From NCBI GenBank assembly GCA_963719945.1, contig CAVRDX010000003.1, positions 294,173-358,172 on the forward strand: a stretch of DNA of 64,000 bases, written 5' to 3'. The first letter of the stretch is position 1. The number at the start of each line of letters is the position of its first letter. The notes beneath the pieces are model-generated. The model saw nothing but the letters and a program-made list of their open reading frames with translations. It made no database searches and was not told the origin of the DNA. Shown here in pieces: positions 9,972 through 18,274 of this stretch. Both the position numbers and the translations under genes were made by a program. The stretch comes from an uncultured Thermoplasmata archaeon (GTDB lineage Archaea > Thermoplasmatota > Thermoplasmata > UBA10834).

Positions 9972-10096
9972 TTCTACCCTGCCTATTCAAGTCAGCTTGC
10001 CAGCTGTTTGGCGAGATTAAAAAAATAGGGGGGAGGTAATCCTAATAGTGAGACTCTGAAAAAGGGTAGTTAGAGTGCATCCCATCCCGTTTCTGA

Positions 10097-10333
10097 CTAC
10101 TTCTTCAGATACTTTTCCTCGAATTGCCTCATTTCTGCGAGTGTTTGTTCCGCATGTTCCAGCTTCTTCATGCGGTCCATCACGAGCTCCATCCTGGCAT
10201 ATATGAGATCCCTGATGGCGACCCTTATCGCCTCGGACCTTGAGGGGAAATCGTCTATCCCAACGAGGAAGTCGAGAGCACGTAGATGGCGCTCTGGTAT
10301 GCGGATGGTGATCTTCTCAGTTTCAGGCTCCAT
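10097..10333 (-). CDS. Ribbon-helix-helix (CopG/CdrS-like) transcriptional regulator
   Basis: KITIRIP beta-ribbon, FPSRSEAIRVAIRDL. Confidence 0.85.
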   Translation of the reverse strand: MEPETEKITIRIPERHLRALDFLVGIDDFPSRSEAIRVAIRDLIYARMELVMDRMKKLEHAEQTLAEMRQFEEKYLKK

Positions 10334-10383
10334 AATGACCGCCCCGCTATTGTCTCCCTCGCGACGCTTTCTGTACCTCGTAT

Positions 10384-10401
10384 GCCTTACGAGCGTCGGA
10401 C
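10384..10401. promoter_or_regulatory. Candidate RHH operator just downstream of the RHH gene TATA-like box
   Basis: GCCTTAC-GAGC-GTCGGAC, similar to GTCTGAC-ATAT-GTCGGAC at 12773-12790. Confidence 0.45.
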
Positions 10402-10560
10402 AAATCCCTTATAAAGTTGTAAATATATAAAACTTAGTCTTTTGATATTGACGCATTAATTGATTGGTTTGATGATTGCTTTGAATTCGATTCTTCTGAA
10501 AAACACTTTATATAGAGTTCATAATAAGGTGCCCAAACGCGTCCCGCTGGACGTCAAGAA

Positions 10561-10673
10561 CCCGACTTAGCTCAGACTGGCTAGAGCGGCTGACTGTAGT
10601 AAGGATATCGGTACGACCGATTTCAGTCGCTGATATCAGCAGGTCCCCGGTTCAAATCCGGGAGTCGGGACCA
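10561..10673 (+). tRNA. tRNA-Tyr(GTA) with a 35-nt intron at 37/38 (10600-10634)
   Basis: Acceptor stem CCCGACT/AGTCGGG plus CCA; GCTGA-CT-GTA-G[intron]A-TCAGC; GGTTCAAATCC; TATA-like TTTATATA about 50 bp upstream. Confidence 0.92.
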
Positions 10674-10687
10674 CCCTCTCAAAATCC

Positions 10688-12028
10688 TCAGTCTGTGATC
10701 GCATCCAGGCCGTCATCTTCCGATGGCTTGACGACTTCTTTGTTCTTCTCGAGCAGCGCCAGTTCTCTTTCGGAGAAAGCTCTCGGGTCCACGGATATCA
10801 ATAGTCTAGATTCGCTCGTCATTGCGGTCTCCGTCCATCTGTCGACCGCCTTCAGCATTCGCGCGAAATCGTTGCTCGTGACTAGATATTCCACCCCGTC
10901 CAATAAGACGACCCCGTTCGATGATTTCTCCATGAAGTTGATGAGTAGGTCAGTCAGCAAGCTGATCTTTGCGGGGTCCATATTGTCCTTGCCAGCCACC
11001 GTCGAAAGCCAGATTATTGGCGTGGTCTGTATGAAGTAATTGGACCGCACATCGTTTGGGAATTGTCGGGTGACTATCAACCCTTGCGCCCTGTTCCTAT
11101 ACTTCGAACATCCTCTGCACGGGCAGGGCAGTCTGCATGTGCTACACTCTATGCTCTCGCACGGGAAGCTGTCGTCATTCTCGCAGTCGAAGCATCTGCG
11201 CTTCAGAATATCTGCGAACATCTTGAAAGTGAAATCAGGCTTCTCCTCCTCTATTAGGTAGACATGCCTGTGAAGCAGTTTGAACGATGCCTTGGAACTC
11301 GACACCATGACTTCCTGGACCGGAGATGCTCTCATCACCATCTGTCCCTTGGCGATCGAGAACGCAAAGATCAATCCCGACAGCGCCGTGCCTGCCACCA
11401 GGGTCGCTGGGGCGAGTGCGCTGTGCACGAAATCCATCGATGAATTGCTGAGGATGTCTATTGCGTAGGGGATTCCGCTGATTGCGAATATCCATAGTCC
11501 GAGCAGGTATCTTATGCCAGATTGCTGCTGCGATTCGCTTTCCTTGTCCCTGGAATGCAGGACGAGAGCCGTGGCGAGGATGACCATTGTTGCGGTGTAC
11601 GCCACCTTTACCCTCAGACCCGTCAGGTCCAAGGTCACTATGTCATCGTGGCTGTAGTCGACCGTCACCAATAGGCCCAGAACGATCGCGATGATTACGC
11701 CCACGATCATGACGATGCCTGGGGCATTGGGGGATTTGATGCGTATAGTCCTGTCGACAGGGAAGACGATTCCGATCTCCCAGAGGAATGTCTGTGCTAG
11801 TAGGAACGCAATCAATGATACCTTGGCAATCGAATCCGCAGTATCCTTCTGGTCGCTATCGATCAGGGTGAAGAGCGAGCTGGTCGTCATCGATATGAAA
11901 ACGCAGATCATTGCAAACATGAAAACAGTGGCTGCCCTCGACTGAGGGTTCTTCATCCACCCGAGCATTCCTGCCCCAAGGCATATCGCCCCTGCACCGA
12001 CCGAACCAATCCAGATAAGATCTACCAT
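10688..12028 (-). CDS. Multi-TM membrane protein with C-terminal DUF835 domain containing a Cys-rich insert
   Basis: About 7 hydrophobic segments; DUF835-like YLIEEEKP, GLIVTRQFP, IIWLS, LDGVEYL, ELALLE. Confidence 0.75.
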   Translation of the reverse strand: MVDLIWIGSVGAGAICLGAGMLGWMKNPQSRAATVFMFAMICVFISMTTSSLFTLIDSDQKDTADSIAKVSLIAFLLAQTFLWEIGIVFPVDRTIRIKSPNAPGIVMIVGVIIAIVLGLLVTVDYSHDDIVTLDLTGLRVKVAYTATMVILATALVLHSRDKESESQQQSGIRYLLGLWIFAISGIPYAIDILSNSSMDFVHSALAPATLVAGTALSGLIFAFSIAKGQMVMRASPVQEVMVSSSKASFKLLHRHVYLIEEEKPDFTFKMFADILKRRCFDCENDDSFPCESIECSTCRLPCPCRGCSKYRNRAQGLIVTRQFPNDVRSNYFIQTTPIIWLSTVAGKDNMDPAKISLLTDLLINFMEKSSNGVVLLDGVEYLVTSNDFARMLKAVDRWTETAMTSESRLLISVDPRAFSERELALLEKNKEVVKPSEDDGLDAITD

Positions 12029-12103
12029 CGGGGGATACCTCTTGCAGTCGCCTCAAACGACTTTGAATCCATGGCTTTCAGCAGGTGTTAGCGAACAATT
12101 ATA

Positions 12104-12466
12104 TCATGCCGTGGTTGCAGCACGAACAGCCTCAAGCAATCGTTCCACCTGGAATGGTTTCGCAACGAAGTCGACCGCACCCGCCCTCATAGCTTCCTTT
12201 CTCAAAGCCTCCTTGACCAGTGCGCTGACAACTATTATCCTCGCCTTCGCATCGAGTTCCATGATCTTCATGATTGCCGATAATCCATCCATGCCCGGCA
12301 TCAATATGTCCATGAGGACGACGTCCGGTTTAAGCGCCTTGAATTTCTCAATGGCCTCAAGACCATTTGCGGCTTCTCCCACAATCTCATGGTCGTGAGA
12401 TTCGAGAATATCGCGTATCATCTCCCTGATGAACGGTGCGTCCTCAACGATAAGAACTTTCGCCAT
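12104..12466 (-). CDS. Stand-alone CheY-like response regulator
   Basis: VLIVEDA, PDVVLMDILMPGMDG, GAVDFVAKPF. Confidence 0.92.
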   Translation of the reverse strand: MAKVLIVEDAPFIREMIRDILESHDHEIVGEAANGLEAIEKFKALKPDVVLMDILMPGMDGLSAIMKIMELDAKARIIVVSALVKEALRKEAMRAGAVDFVAKPFQVERLLEAVRAATTA

Positions 12467-12765
12467 CTCATGACCTGCCTTTACATCGCGGGCAAACAAG
12501 TTCTATCCTGTTCGCCTCATCAGTGAAAAAGAATCCGTGCATATATAAGTTGGCTATCTCTATTATCGGAATTGATAGCAAACGTGGTTTTGGATGAGTC
12601 AACGTGCGCGTGCGTACACTGGTGAGGTCGAGAATTCGATCGTTTCCAAACAACCGCAATCGCATGAGAGAATCCCTGTCAATGAATGCCTTTGGCATTC
12701 GTGTCTGACACTCGACTTGCTGATACCAGTCACCGAAAAGTAATAAATACGATAAGATACATATC

Positions 12766-14073
12766 ATGAATCGTCTGACATATGTCGGACTCGAAGGGAT
12801 GGGCATGGTATTTGGGATCGGCAAAAAGGATGCTCAAGATGTGCAAGGCTCGCCTCAGTCCGGAGGTGTTCCATACAGACTCGCATCTTACGATCACGAC
12901 CACGAAGGCAAGAAGTTCAGGTCCAGCAATGTTGTATACAGCTTCTGGAGCGCATCGAAGTACGTGCTGATACTATCGCTCATCCTGTGGTGGCTCCCTA
13001 TGTTCGGCCAGATGATCGCCGGATATGTCGGAGGCAGAAGAGCGGGTGGTCCTTGGAAAGGCGTCGCCGCGTCCATCTTGCCTGTCGTCTGTCTATATGT
13101 CGTCATGACTGGCTTCGACAGCGGCTTCTTCCCATCGCACTTCTTCGGAGTGGCGATCGCACCGGCCGCGATAGGCGCGTCTCTGAGCGAGAGCATTCCA
13201 TTCTTCTCACCGTATGTCCACTTCTCGTCTGAATACATCGGGGCTTTCGTTGATACTCTCTCGGGTGCGAGCTCATACGGTATCAACACATACATCCTGA
13301 CAGTCGCCTTCGCATATGTCGGCGGAATACTTGCGGAGCAGAACAGGAGAGAGATCGAGTTCAACTCCGGTTCGATGATGTCCAACACCACTGTCTTGGT
13401 TGCCGACAACGCCCAACAACAGCAGCAACTACCGTCCTATGCGACGCCGAACCACAGTCTGGCACACATGTTCAGCGCAATGTTCCCTTGGTCCAAGGAT
13501 CATCAGATGGCGCAACAGGGTCATCTCACAGCAGCTCATGCATCGCACTGGGATGGCGCAGTCCCGATGAGGTACGGCGAGGTCGACCATCATGGAAGAG
13601 CCGTTGCGGCGCCAATGCTTCCTGGTCATATGGATGTGCAGGATGAGCCTGCGACGTTCAGTCAAGCGACAGCGAAGAGGGCGAAGCACAGGACCGAGAG
13701 GAAGCCACATCAGCGCAAATCGGATCCATGGGTGAGGGCCCAGAGGCGCGCGAATCAGAGCTACTCATCTGCTCGAAGGTTCAGGATGCCGGAGCCAGAG
13801 GGCGAGGACGAGCCCGCTGTTCCTGCACAGAGGACACCGAGAAACGCCTCGCGCAATGTGCAAAGATACGTACCTGGGGACACACGGTCGATAAAGAAGG
13901 CTCGTAGGGTCATCGAGGCGGAATGGGGCAGAAGCTCTTCTCCACCGGTTCATCATAGATCGACTCGCTCATCGTCCAGACATCATGAACTGAGTGATTC
14001 GGAAGTCCCCGAACTCCCGCATCAGCAGCCGAAGGCACACAAACCGTCATCCAATCACTGGGACTCTATCTGA
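12766..14073 (+). CDS. Membrane protein with N-terminal TM domain and long low-complexity tail (start may be about 12799)
   Basis: WWLPMFGQMIAGYVGGRRAG TM motif; Q/H/R/S/P-rich C-terminal half ending HWDSI. Confidence 0.75.
   Translation: MNRLTYVGLEGMGMVFGIGKKDAQDVQGSPQSGGVPYRLASYDHDHEGKKFRSSNVVYSFWSASKYVLILSLILWWLPMFGQMIAGYVGGRRAGGPWKGVAASILPVVCLYVVMTGFDSGFFPSHFFGVAIAPAAIGASLSESIPFFSPYVHFSSEYIGAFVDTLSGASSYGINTYILTVAFAYVGGILAEQNRREIEFNSGSMMSNTTVLVADNAQQQQQLPSYATPNHSLAHMFSAMFPWSKDHQMAQQGHLTAAHASHWDGAVPMRYGEVDHHGRAVAAPMLPGHMDVQDEPATFSQATAKRAKHRTERKPHQRKSDPWVRAQRRANQSYSSARRFRMPEPEGEDEPAVPAQRTPRNASRNVQRYVPGDTRSIKKARRVIEAEWGRSSSPPVHHRSTRSSSRHHELSDSEVPELPHQQPKAHKPSSNHWDSI
12773..12790. promoter_or_regulatory. 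Tandem palindromic heptamers, candidate RHH operator
   Basis: GTCTGAC-ATAT-GTCGGAC downstream of BRE/TATA-like CGAAAAGTAATAAATA; another GTCTGAC at 12703-12709. Confidence 0.5.
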
Positions 14074-14093
14074 GCCCTGTTCAATCACAGGGC
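14074..14093 (+). terminator. Hairpin right after the stop codon, possible terminator
   Basis: GCCCTGT-TCAATC-ACAGGGC. Confidence 0.4.
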
Positions 14094-14098
14094 GTTCT

Positions 14099-14131
14099 GT
14101 CTCAAGAGGTTCTGTCAATAATCGGGTGGTG
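14099..14131. repeat. Target-site duplication plus terminal inverted repeat (downstream of tnpB)
   Basis: GTCTCAAGA then GGTTCTGTCAATAATCGGGTGGTG. Confidence 0.88.
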
Positions 14132-15449
14132 GTCATGATGACCACCCCACCGATTGACTCGTTCCATTCGGCTCCGACCGTGCGCCCATCTCTGGGTCGC
14201 AGAGGGTCATCACCACGTCATGTTGGAACGCATCCGGGAAGGCTGTATTCAGCAGGTTTATGCCAGCGTTGACATGCCTGTCGGCACGCCAACCGCACTC
14301 ACACTCGAACTCGGAGCCCATTCGGGAATGATTCAATCTCCCACATATCGGGCACCTCCTGCTGCTGTTGTATGGGTCGACCTTGATGATTGGCACGCCC
14401 ATCCAGGCCGCCTTGTACTCGATGATGTTGTGCAGTTTCCTCCGAGGCCATGAGCTCAACCGTCGGTTGAGCGATTTGCCGCGCTTCCGCGCCGTCATCC
14501 CACTCAGGTCCTCGAGCACAATCGTCGATTTATGCTCCTCCGCGAAGCCGAGGACCGCATTGGCCACTTGGTGCATGCGATACTCTATCCGATGATGCTC
14601 TCTCTTCCCCTCTCTGCGACACAACCGCCTCGATGTCCGCCGGTCGTGCGCCTTCCTCTTCTGAAGACGCTTACGTCGGTCGTGATGCCGTGCCTGGATG
14701 ATTGCGACATCGGTATATGCTGCTTGAACTGGCGCACTTTCCCCTTTGCTCAGGAGCACGCCGTCCAAGGATCGTTCATTGGTATCGAGAGACAGGGCCG
14801 TCTCTGGAATGTATGATTTAGGTGGACTCTTCCTGAAGACTATTATGACCCTGTCTGGAAGTAGGGTCAGTGAACCGAGGGAAAGGGATTTGTCGTTCAG
14901 AAACCCACGATGGTAATCGCTCAGGACGAGCCTCAGCTTCACATGACATCCAGCCCGTATCGGAAGGTCGACCACGCCTTCCTCCCGATCGAGCTTGTAT
15001 GCCTGGTTCTCCGCCTTCATCATCAGTCGCCGCACATATGGGAATGCGACGGACCGGCCCCTTTCCCCAACGCCTTCGCAGGTTCTTCAGCACCGAACCC
15101 GCGACCTCGAACGAGGATACCAGATGCTGGGCATAGATGTTCGGATGCTCCTTCCTGAAGTCTTTGTACGCCAGCTTCACCAGGGCATTTCTGGAGGTGA
15201 CCTTTGCCTGGAGGCCGGCCCTGATCGCGCAATTGGCCGCCAGGCGGAAATCCTCCATGAGCATCCTGGCCTCAAACGGGAGCTCCCCATGAATGTGGAA
15301 CACTACCGCTCTGTGGAGCATCTAATACGGTATCTGGCCAGGGACATATCCATCACCTGGCTACATGCATGCTACTCATGCGATCGATGAGATATTCATG
15401 TCATCGGGAAAGGCACCATCGACAACACCACCCGAAAATTGACAGAACC
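14108..15449 (-). mobile_element. Non-autonomous tnpB-only transposon with 24-bp TIRs and 9-bp TSD
   Basis: TIRs 14108-14131 and 15426-15449 (22/24 identical); flanking direct repeat GTCTCAAGA at 14099-14107 and 15450-15458; no transposase inside. Confidence 0.88.
14133..15321 (-). pseudogene. tnpB: TnpB-family RNA-guided endonuclease, split by one extra base near the GGG at 15040-15042 (395 aa if repaired)
   Basis: RuvC-I SLDTN, RuvC-II IVLEDL, IEYKAAWMG, VDPYNSSRRCPICG zinc finger, RuvC-III-like ADRHVNAGINL; removing one base gives ..RRIPYVRRLMMK.. Confidence 0.88.
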
Positions 15450-15458
15450 GTCTCAAGA
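15426..15458. repeat. Terminal inverted repeat plus target-site duplication (upstream of tnpB)
   Basis: CACCACCCGAAAATTGACAGAACC (reverse complement GGTTCTGTCAATTTTCGGGTGGTG) then GTCTCAAGA. Confidence 0.88.
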
Positions 15459-15531
15459 CAACTTTTTTATCCAAACACGACTTCAGTCATTTATAGTATG
15501 AAGCGTCCTCGGGATGCTTGGAGCGGATCTA

Positions 15532-15834
15532 ATGTTCTGCAAGAGTTGCAAAGCCCTTCTTTTTCCGAACAAGGATGGCAAGTTGGTCTGTAGGAAATGC
15601 GGGGCCGAGATGACGCCGACCGAGGAGCAGACGGTTATCACTCACAAATCCCGTGACAGGGAGGTAGCTGTCGTCGGCGAGATTTCAGGGACGCTACCGA
15701 CAACGGATATCGAATGCCCTGATTGCGGCAACAGGACCGCTTATTGGGTGCTCAGGCAGACCCGAGCAGCCGATGAACCGGCAACTAGGATATACAGATG
15801 CACGAAATGCTCTCACTCTTGGAGAGAGTATTAG
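15532..15834 (+). CDS. tfs: Transcription factor S (TFS/RpoM)
   Basis: MFCKSC, CRKCG, CPDCG, QTRAADEP acidic hairpin, CTKCSHSWREY. Confidence 0.95.
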   Translation: MFCKSCKALLFPNKDGKLVCRKCGAEMTPTEEQTVITHKSRDREVAVVGEISGTLPTTDIECPDCGNRTAYWVLRQTRAADEPATRIYRCTKCSHSWREY

Positions 15835-15899
15835 TCTGGATGTTGCGAAAAGCTTTTTAAAACGCTGAAGGGTTACAGGTAGGTACGGAAGGGGGGCCA

Positions 15900-16640
15900 A
15901 TGTTCCAGGCGAAAGCCAGAGCTGAAGTCTTGAAAGAAGTCGTAAATGTCGTTTCCAGTCTCGTGGATGAAGCTAAATTCAGTGTGAACGCTGATGGTCT
16001 TACACTCAGGGCCGTCGATCCTGCCCACATCGCAATGGTCGATCTTACACTTGGGAAGGACGCCTTTGAGGAGTTCAAGGCAGACGAGAACGAGATCGGA
16101 ATTGACATAGACAAGCTCGCCCAGTTCCTCAAGCTGGCGAAGTCCGATGACATTGTGGACTTGAAGCATGATGAGGACAAGCGCAGACTGAATATCGTGG
16201 TGGGCGACATCACCAGACGCATGAGCCTCATCGATACGACTGGCATGAGCGATCCCAAAGTGCCTAACCTCAAGCTCGATGCTGTGATAACTATCAAAGG
16301 CGAGGATCTGATCCACGGGATACGCGCTAGCGAGACGGTATCGGATCATATCGCTCTCATTGCAAATCCCGAAGGGTTCGAGATGAGCTGCGAAGGCGAT
16401 ATGGACCAGGTCCATTTCAGGAAGTCTAAGAAGGATCTGATATCCTTGGATGCACCTTCGAGCGTTCGGAGCCTATTCCCGCTGGAATATTTCTCCAACA
16501 TGCTGAAGGCCGTCTCTTCAGGAACCCACGTGGTACTGCACCTGGGCAACGATTTTCCTGTGAAGATGGAGTTCAAGATCGCTGGGGGAAAGGGTGAGGT
16601 CAGATACCTGCTCGCCCCAAGGATTGAAAGCGGTGACTGA
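15900..16640 (+). CDS. pcn: DNA polymerase sliding clamp PCNA
   Basis: AVDPAHIAMV, SLFPLEY, LGNDFPV, YLLAPRIE. Confidence 0.96.
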   Translation: MFQAKARAEVLKEVVNVVSSLVDEAKFSVNADGLTLRAVDPAHIAMVDLTLGKDAFEEFKADENEIGIDIDKLAQFLKLAKSDDIVDLKHDEDKRRLNIVVGDITRRMSLIDTTGMSDPKVPNLKLDAVITIKGEDLIHGIRASETVSDHIALIANPEGFEMSCEGDMDQVHFRKSKKDLISLDAPSSVRSLFPLEYFSNMLKAVSSGTHVVLHLGNDFPVKMEFKIAGGKGEVRYLLAPRIESGD

Positions 16641-16721
16641 TGGATATCGTTCGGGGATTGATCCATGAATGGTCCATGAGGGTTTGATGATGGACTTACC
16701 GCATATCGTTCTGTAGGTGAC

Positions 16722-17351
16722 ATGTTCATGAGAAGGCTCAGGATCGGTGTGCTCGCGTCTGGTGGAGGCACCAACCTCCAGGAGATAATAGATTCTTGCG
16801 AGAGCGGCGAGATAGACGGTGATGTCGTCGTTGTCATATCCAACAAGCCCGATGCTCTCGCCCTTGAACGGGCGAGGAAACACAGGATCGATGCATTCAG
16901 CTTCCCCAGCAAGGGTGTGCCGCGTGAGCAGCACGAGAATGACATCATCGAGTGTCTCGATAGGAACAAGGTCGATCTCGTGGTCCTGGCCGGATATCTA
17001 AGGGTGCTCACCCCGATCATGATCAACAAATACGCGGGCAGACTGATGAACACACATCCCGCACTCCTGCCCTCCTTTGGTGGAATGGGCATGCACGGGC
17101 TGAACGTGCACAAGGCCGTGCTGGATTATGGATGCAAACTCTCCGGATGCACGATACATTTCGTCAGTCAGGATGTCGATGGTGGCCCCATCATCTTCCA
17201 GAAGGCAGTGCCTGTCCTTGAGGATGATTCACCCGAGATGTTGCAGGAGCGAGTGCTCAAGGAAGAGCATAGGCTGTTGCCCAGGGCTATACAATTATTC
17301 GCTCAGGGAAAGCTGAGGCTTGAGGGACGGCGCGTCAGGATATTGTCCTGA
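16722..17351 (+). CDS. purN: Phosphoribosylglycinamide formyltransferase
   Basis: SGGGTNLQ, LAGYLR, NTHPALLPSFGG, GCTIHFV, DGGPII. Confidence 0.95.
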   Translation: MFMRRLRIGVLASGGGTNLQEIIDSCESGEIDGDVVVVISNKPDALALERARKHRIDAFSFPSKGVPREQHENDIIECLDRNKVDLVVLAGYLRVLTPIMINKYAGRLMNTHPALLPSFGGMGMHGLNVHKAVLDYGCKLSGCTIHFVSQDVDGGPIIFQKAVPVLEDDSPEMLQERVLKEEHRLLPRAIQLFAQGKLRLEGRRVRILS

Positions 17352-17401
17352 TGATTGCCACTTCACCCGAATAGTTTAAACTAGGACGACTGATATCCCG
17401 C

Positions 17402-18274
17402 ATGCGACTGGCGGAAGCTCTCCAGGAGGAGACTCGAGTGGAAGTCTACGACGGCGAATTCATTGCGGAACTCGAATCGATTGCGAAGAAGGTCAGATGG
17501 CATTCAATACGTATGATCTACGAGGCTGGTTCAGGGCACCCTGGTGGATCCCTGTCTGTCACGGATATCCTGGTCGCACTGTATTTCCATATCATGAAGC
17601 ACGATCCGAAGAACCCTGATTGGTCGGATAGGGACAGATTCGTGCTCAGCAAGGGTCATTCGGCACCCGCTCTGTATGCGGTTCTTGCCGAGGCTGGATA
17701 TTTCCCTGTCGACGAGCTCCTGACGCTCAGGAAGATGGGCAGCAGGTTGCAGGGCCATCCATGCATGCGAAAGACGCCAGGCATCGAGATGTCCACAGGC
17801 TCCCTCGGCCACGGTCTTGCAGCAGGGAACGGCATGGCCCTCGCAGCCAAGCTGGACCGCAAGCTCTACAGGATCTATGTGGCCCTGGGAGACGGCGAGA
17901 TGGATGTTGGAGAGAACTGGGAAGCCGCTATGCTGGCATCTCATTACAAGCTTGACAATGTCATAGCATATGTCGATCGGAACAAGCTCCAATTGGACGG
18001 ACCAACCGAGAAGATAATGTCGATCGAGCCGCTCGCAGACAAGTGGAAGGCATTCGGATGGCATGTGATCGAGATCAACGGTCACAACATGAAGGAGATC
18101 ATACAGGCGACGAACGAGGCGAAGAGTGTCAAGGGGAAGCCTTCGGTCATCATCTGTCACACGATCAAGGGCAAAGGGGTCAGCTTCATGGAGGGAGCGC
18201 TCCACTTCCATGGCAAAGCCCCTGACGAGAAGGAATTCAATCAGGCAATGAAGGAACTGGGGGCGGACGAATGA
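17402..18274 (+). CDS. Transketolase N-terminal subunit
   Basis: SGHPGGSLS, DRFVLSKGH, LQGHP, STGSLGHG, GDGE, TIKGKG. Confidence 0.95.
   Translation: MRLAEALQEETRVEVYDGEFIAELESIAKKVRWHSIRMIYEAGSGHPGGSLSVTDILVALYFHIMKHDPKNPDWSDRDRFVLSKGHSAPALYAVLAEAGYFPVDELLTLRKMGSRLQGHPCMRKTPGIEMSTGSLGHGLAAGNGMALAAKLDRKLYRIYVALGDGEMDVGENWEAAMLASHYKLDNVIAYVDRNKLQLDGPTEKIMSIEPLADKWKAFGWHVIEINGHNMKEIIQATNEAKSVKGKPSVIICHTIKGKGVSFMEGALHFHGKAPDEKEFNQAMKELGADE

Noticed and set aside
14133-15321. Cas12f / type V CRISPR effector
   Set aside because: No array or cas1/cas2 nearby; the gene is enclosed by transposon ends.
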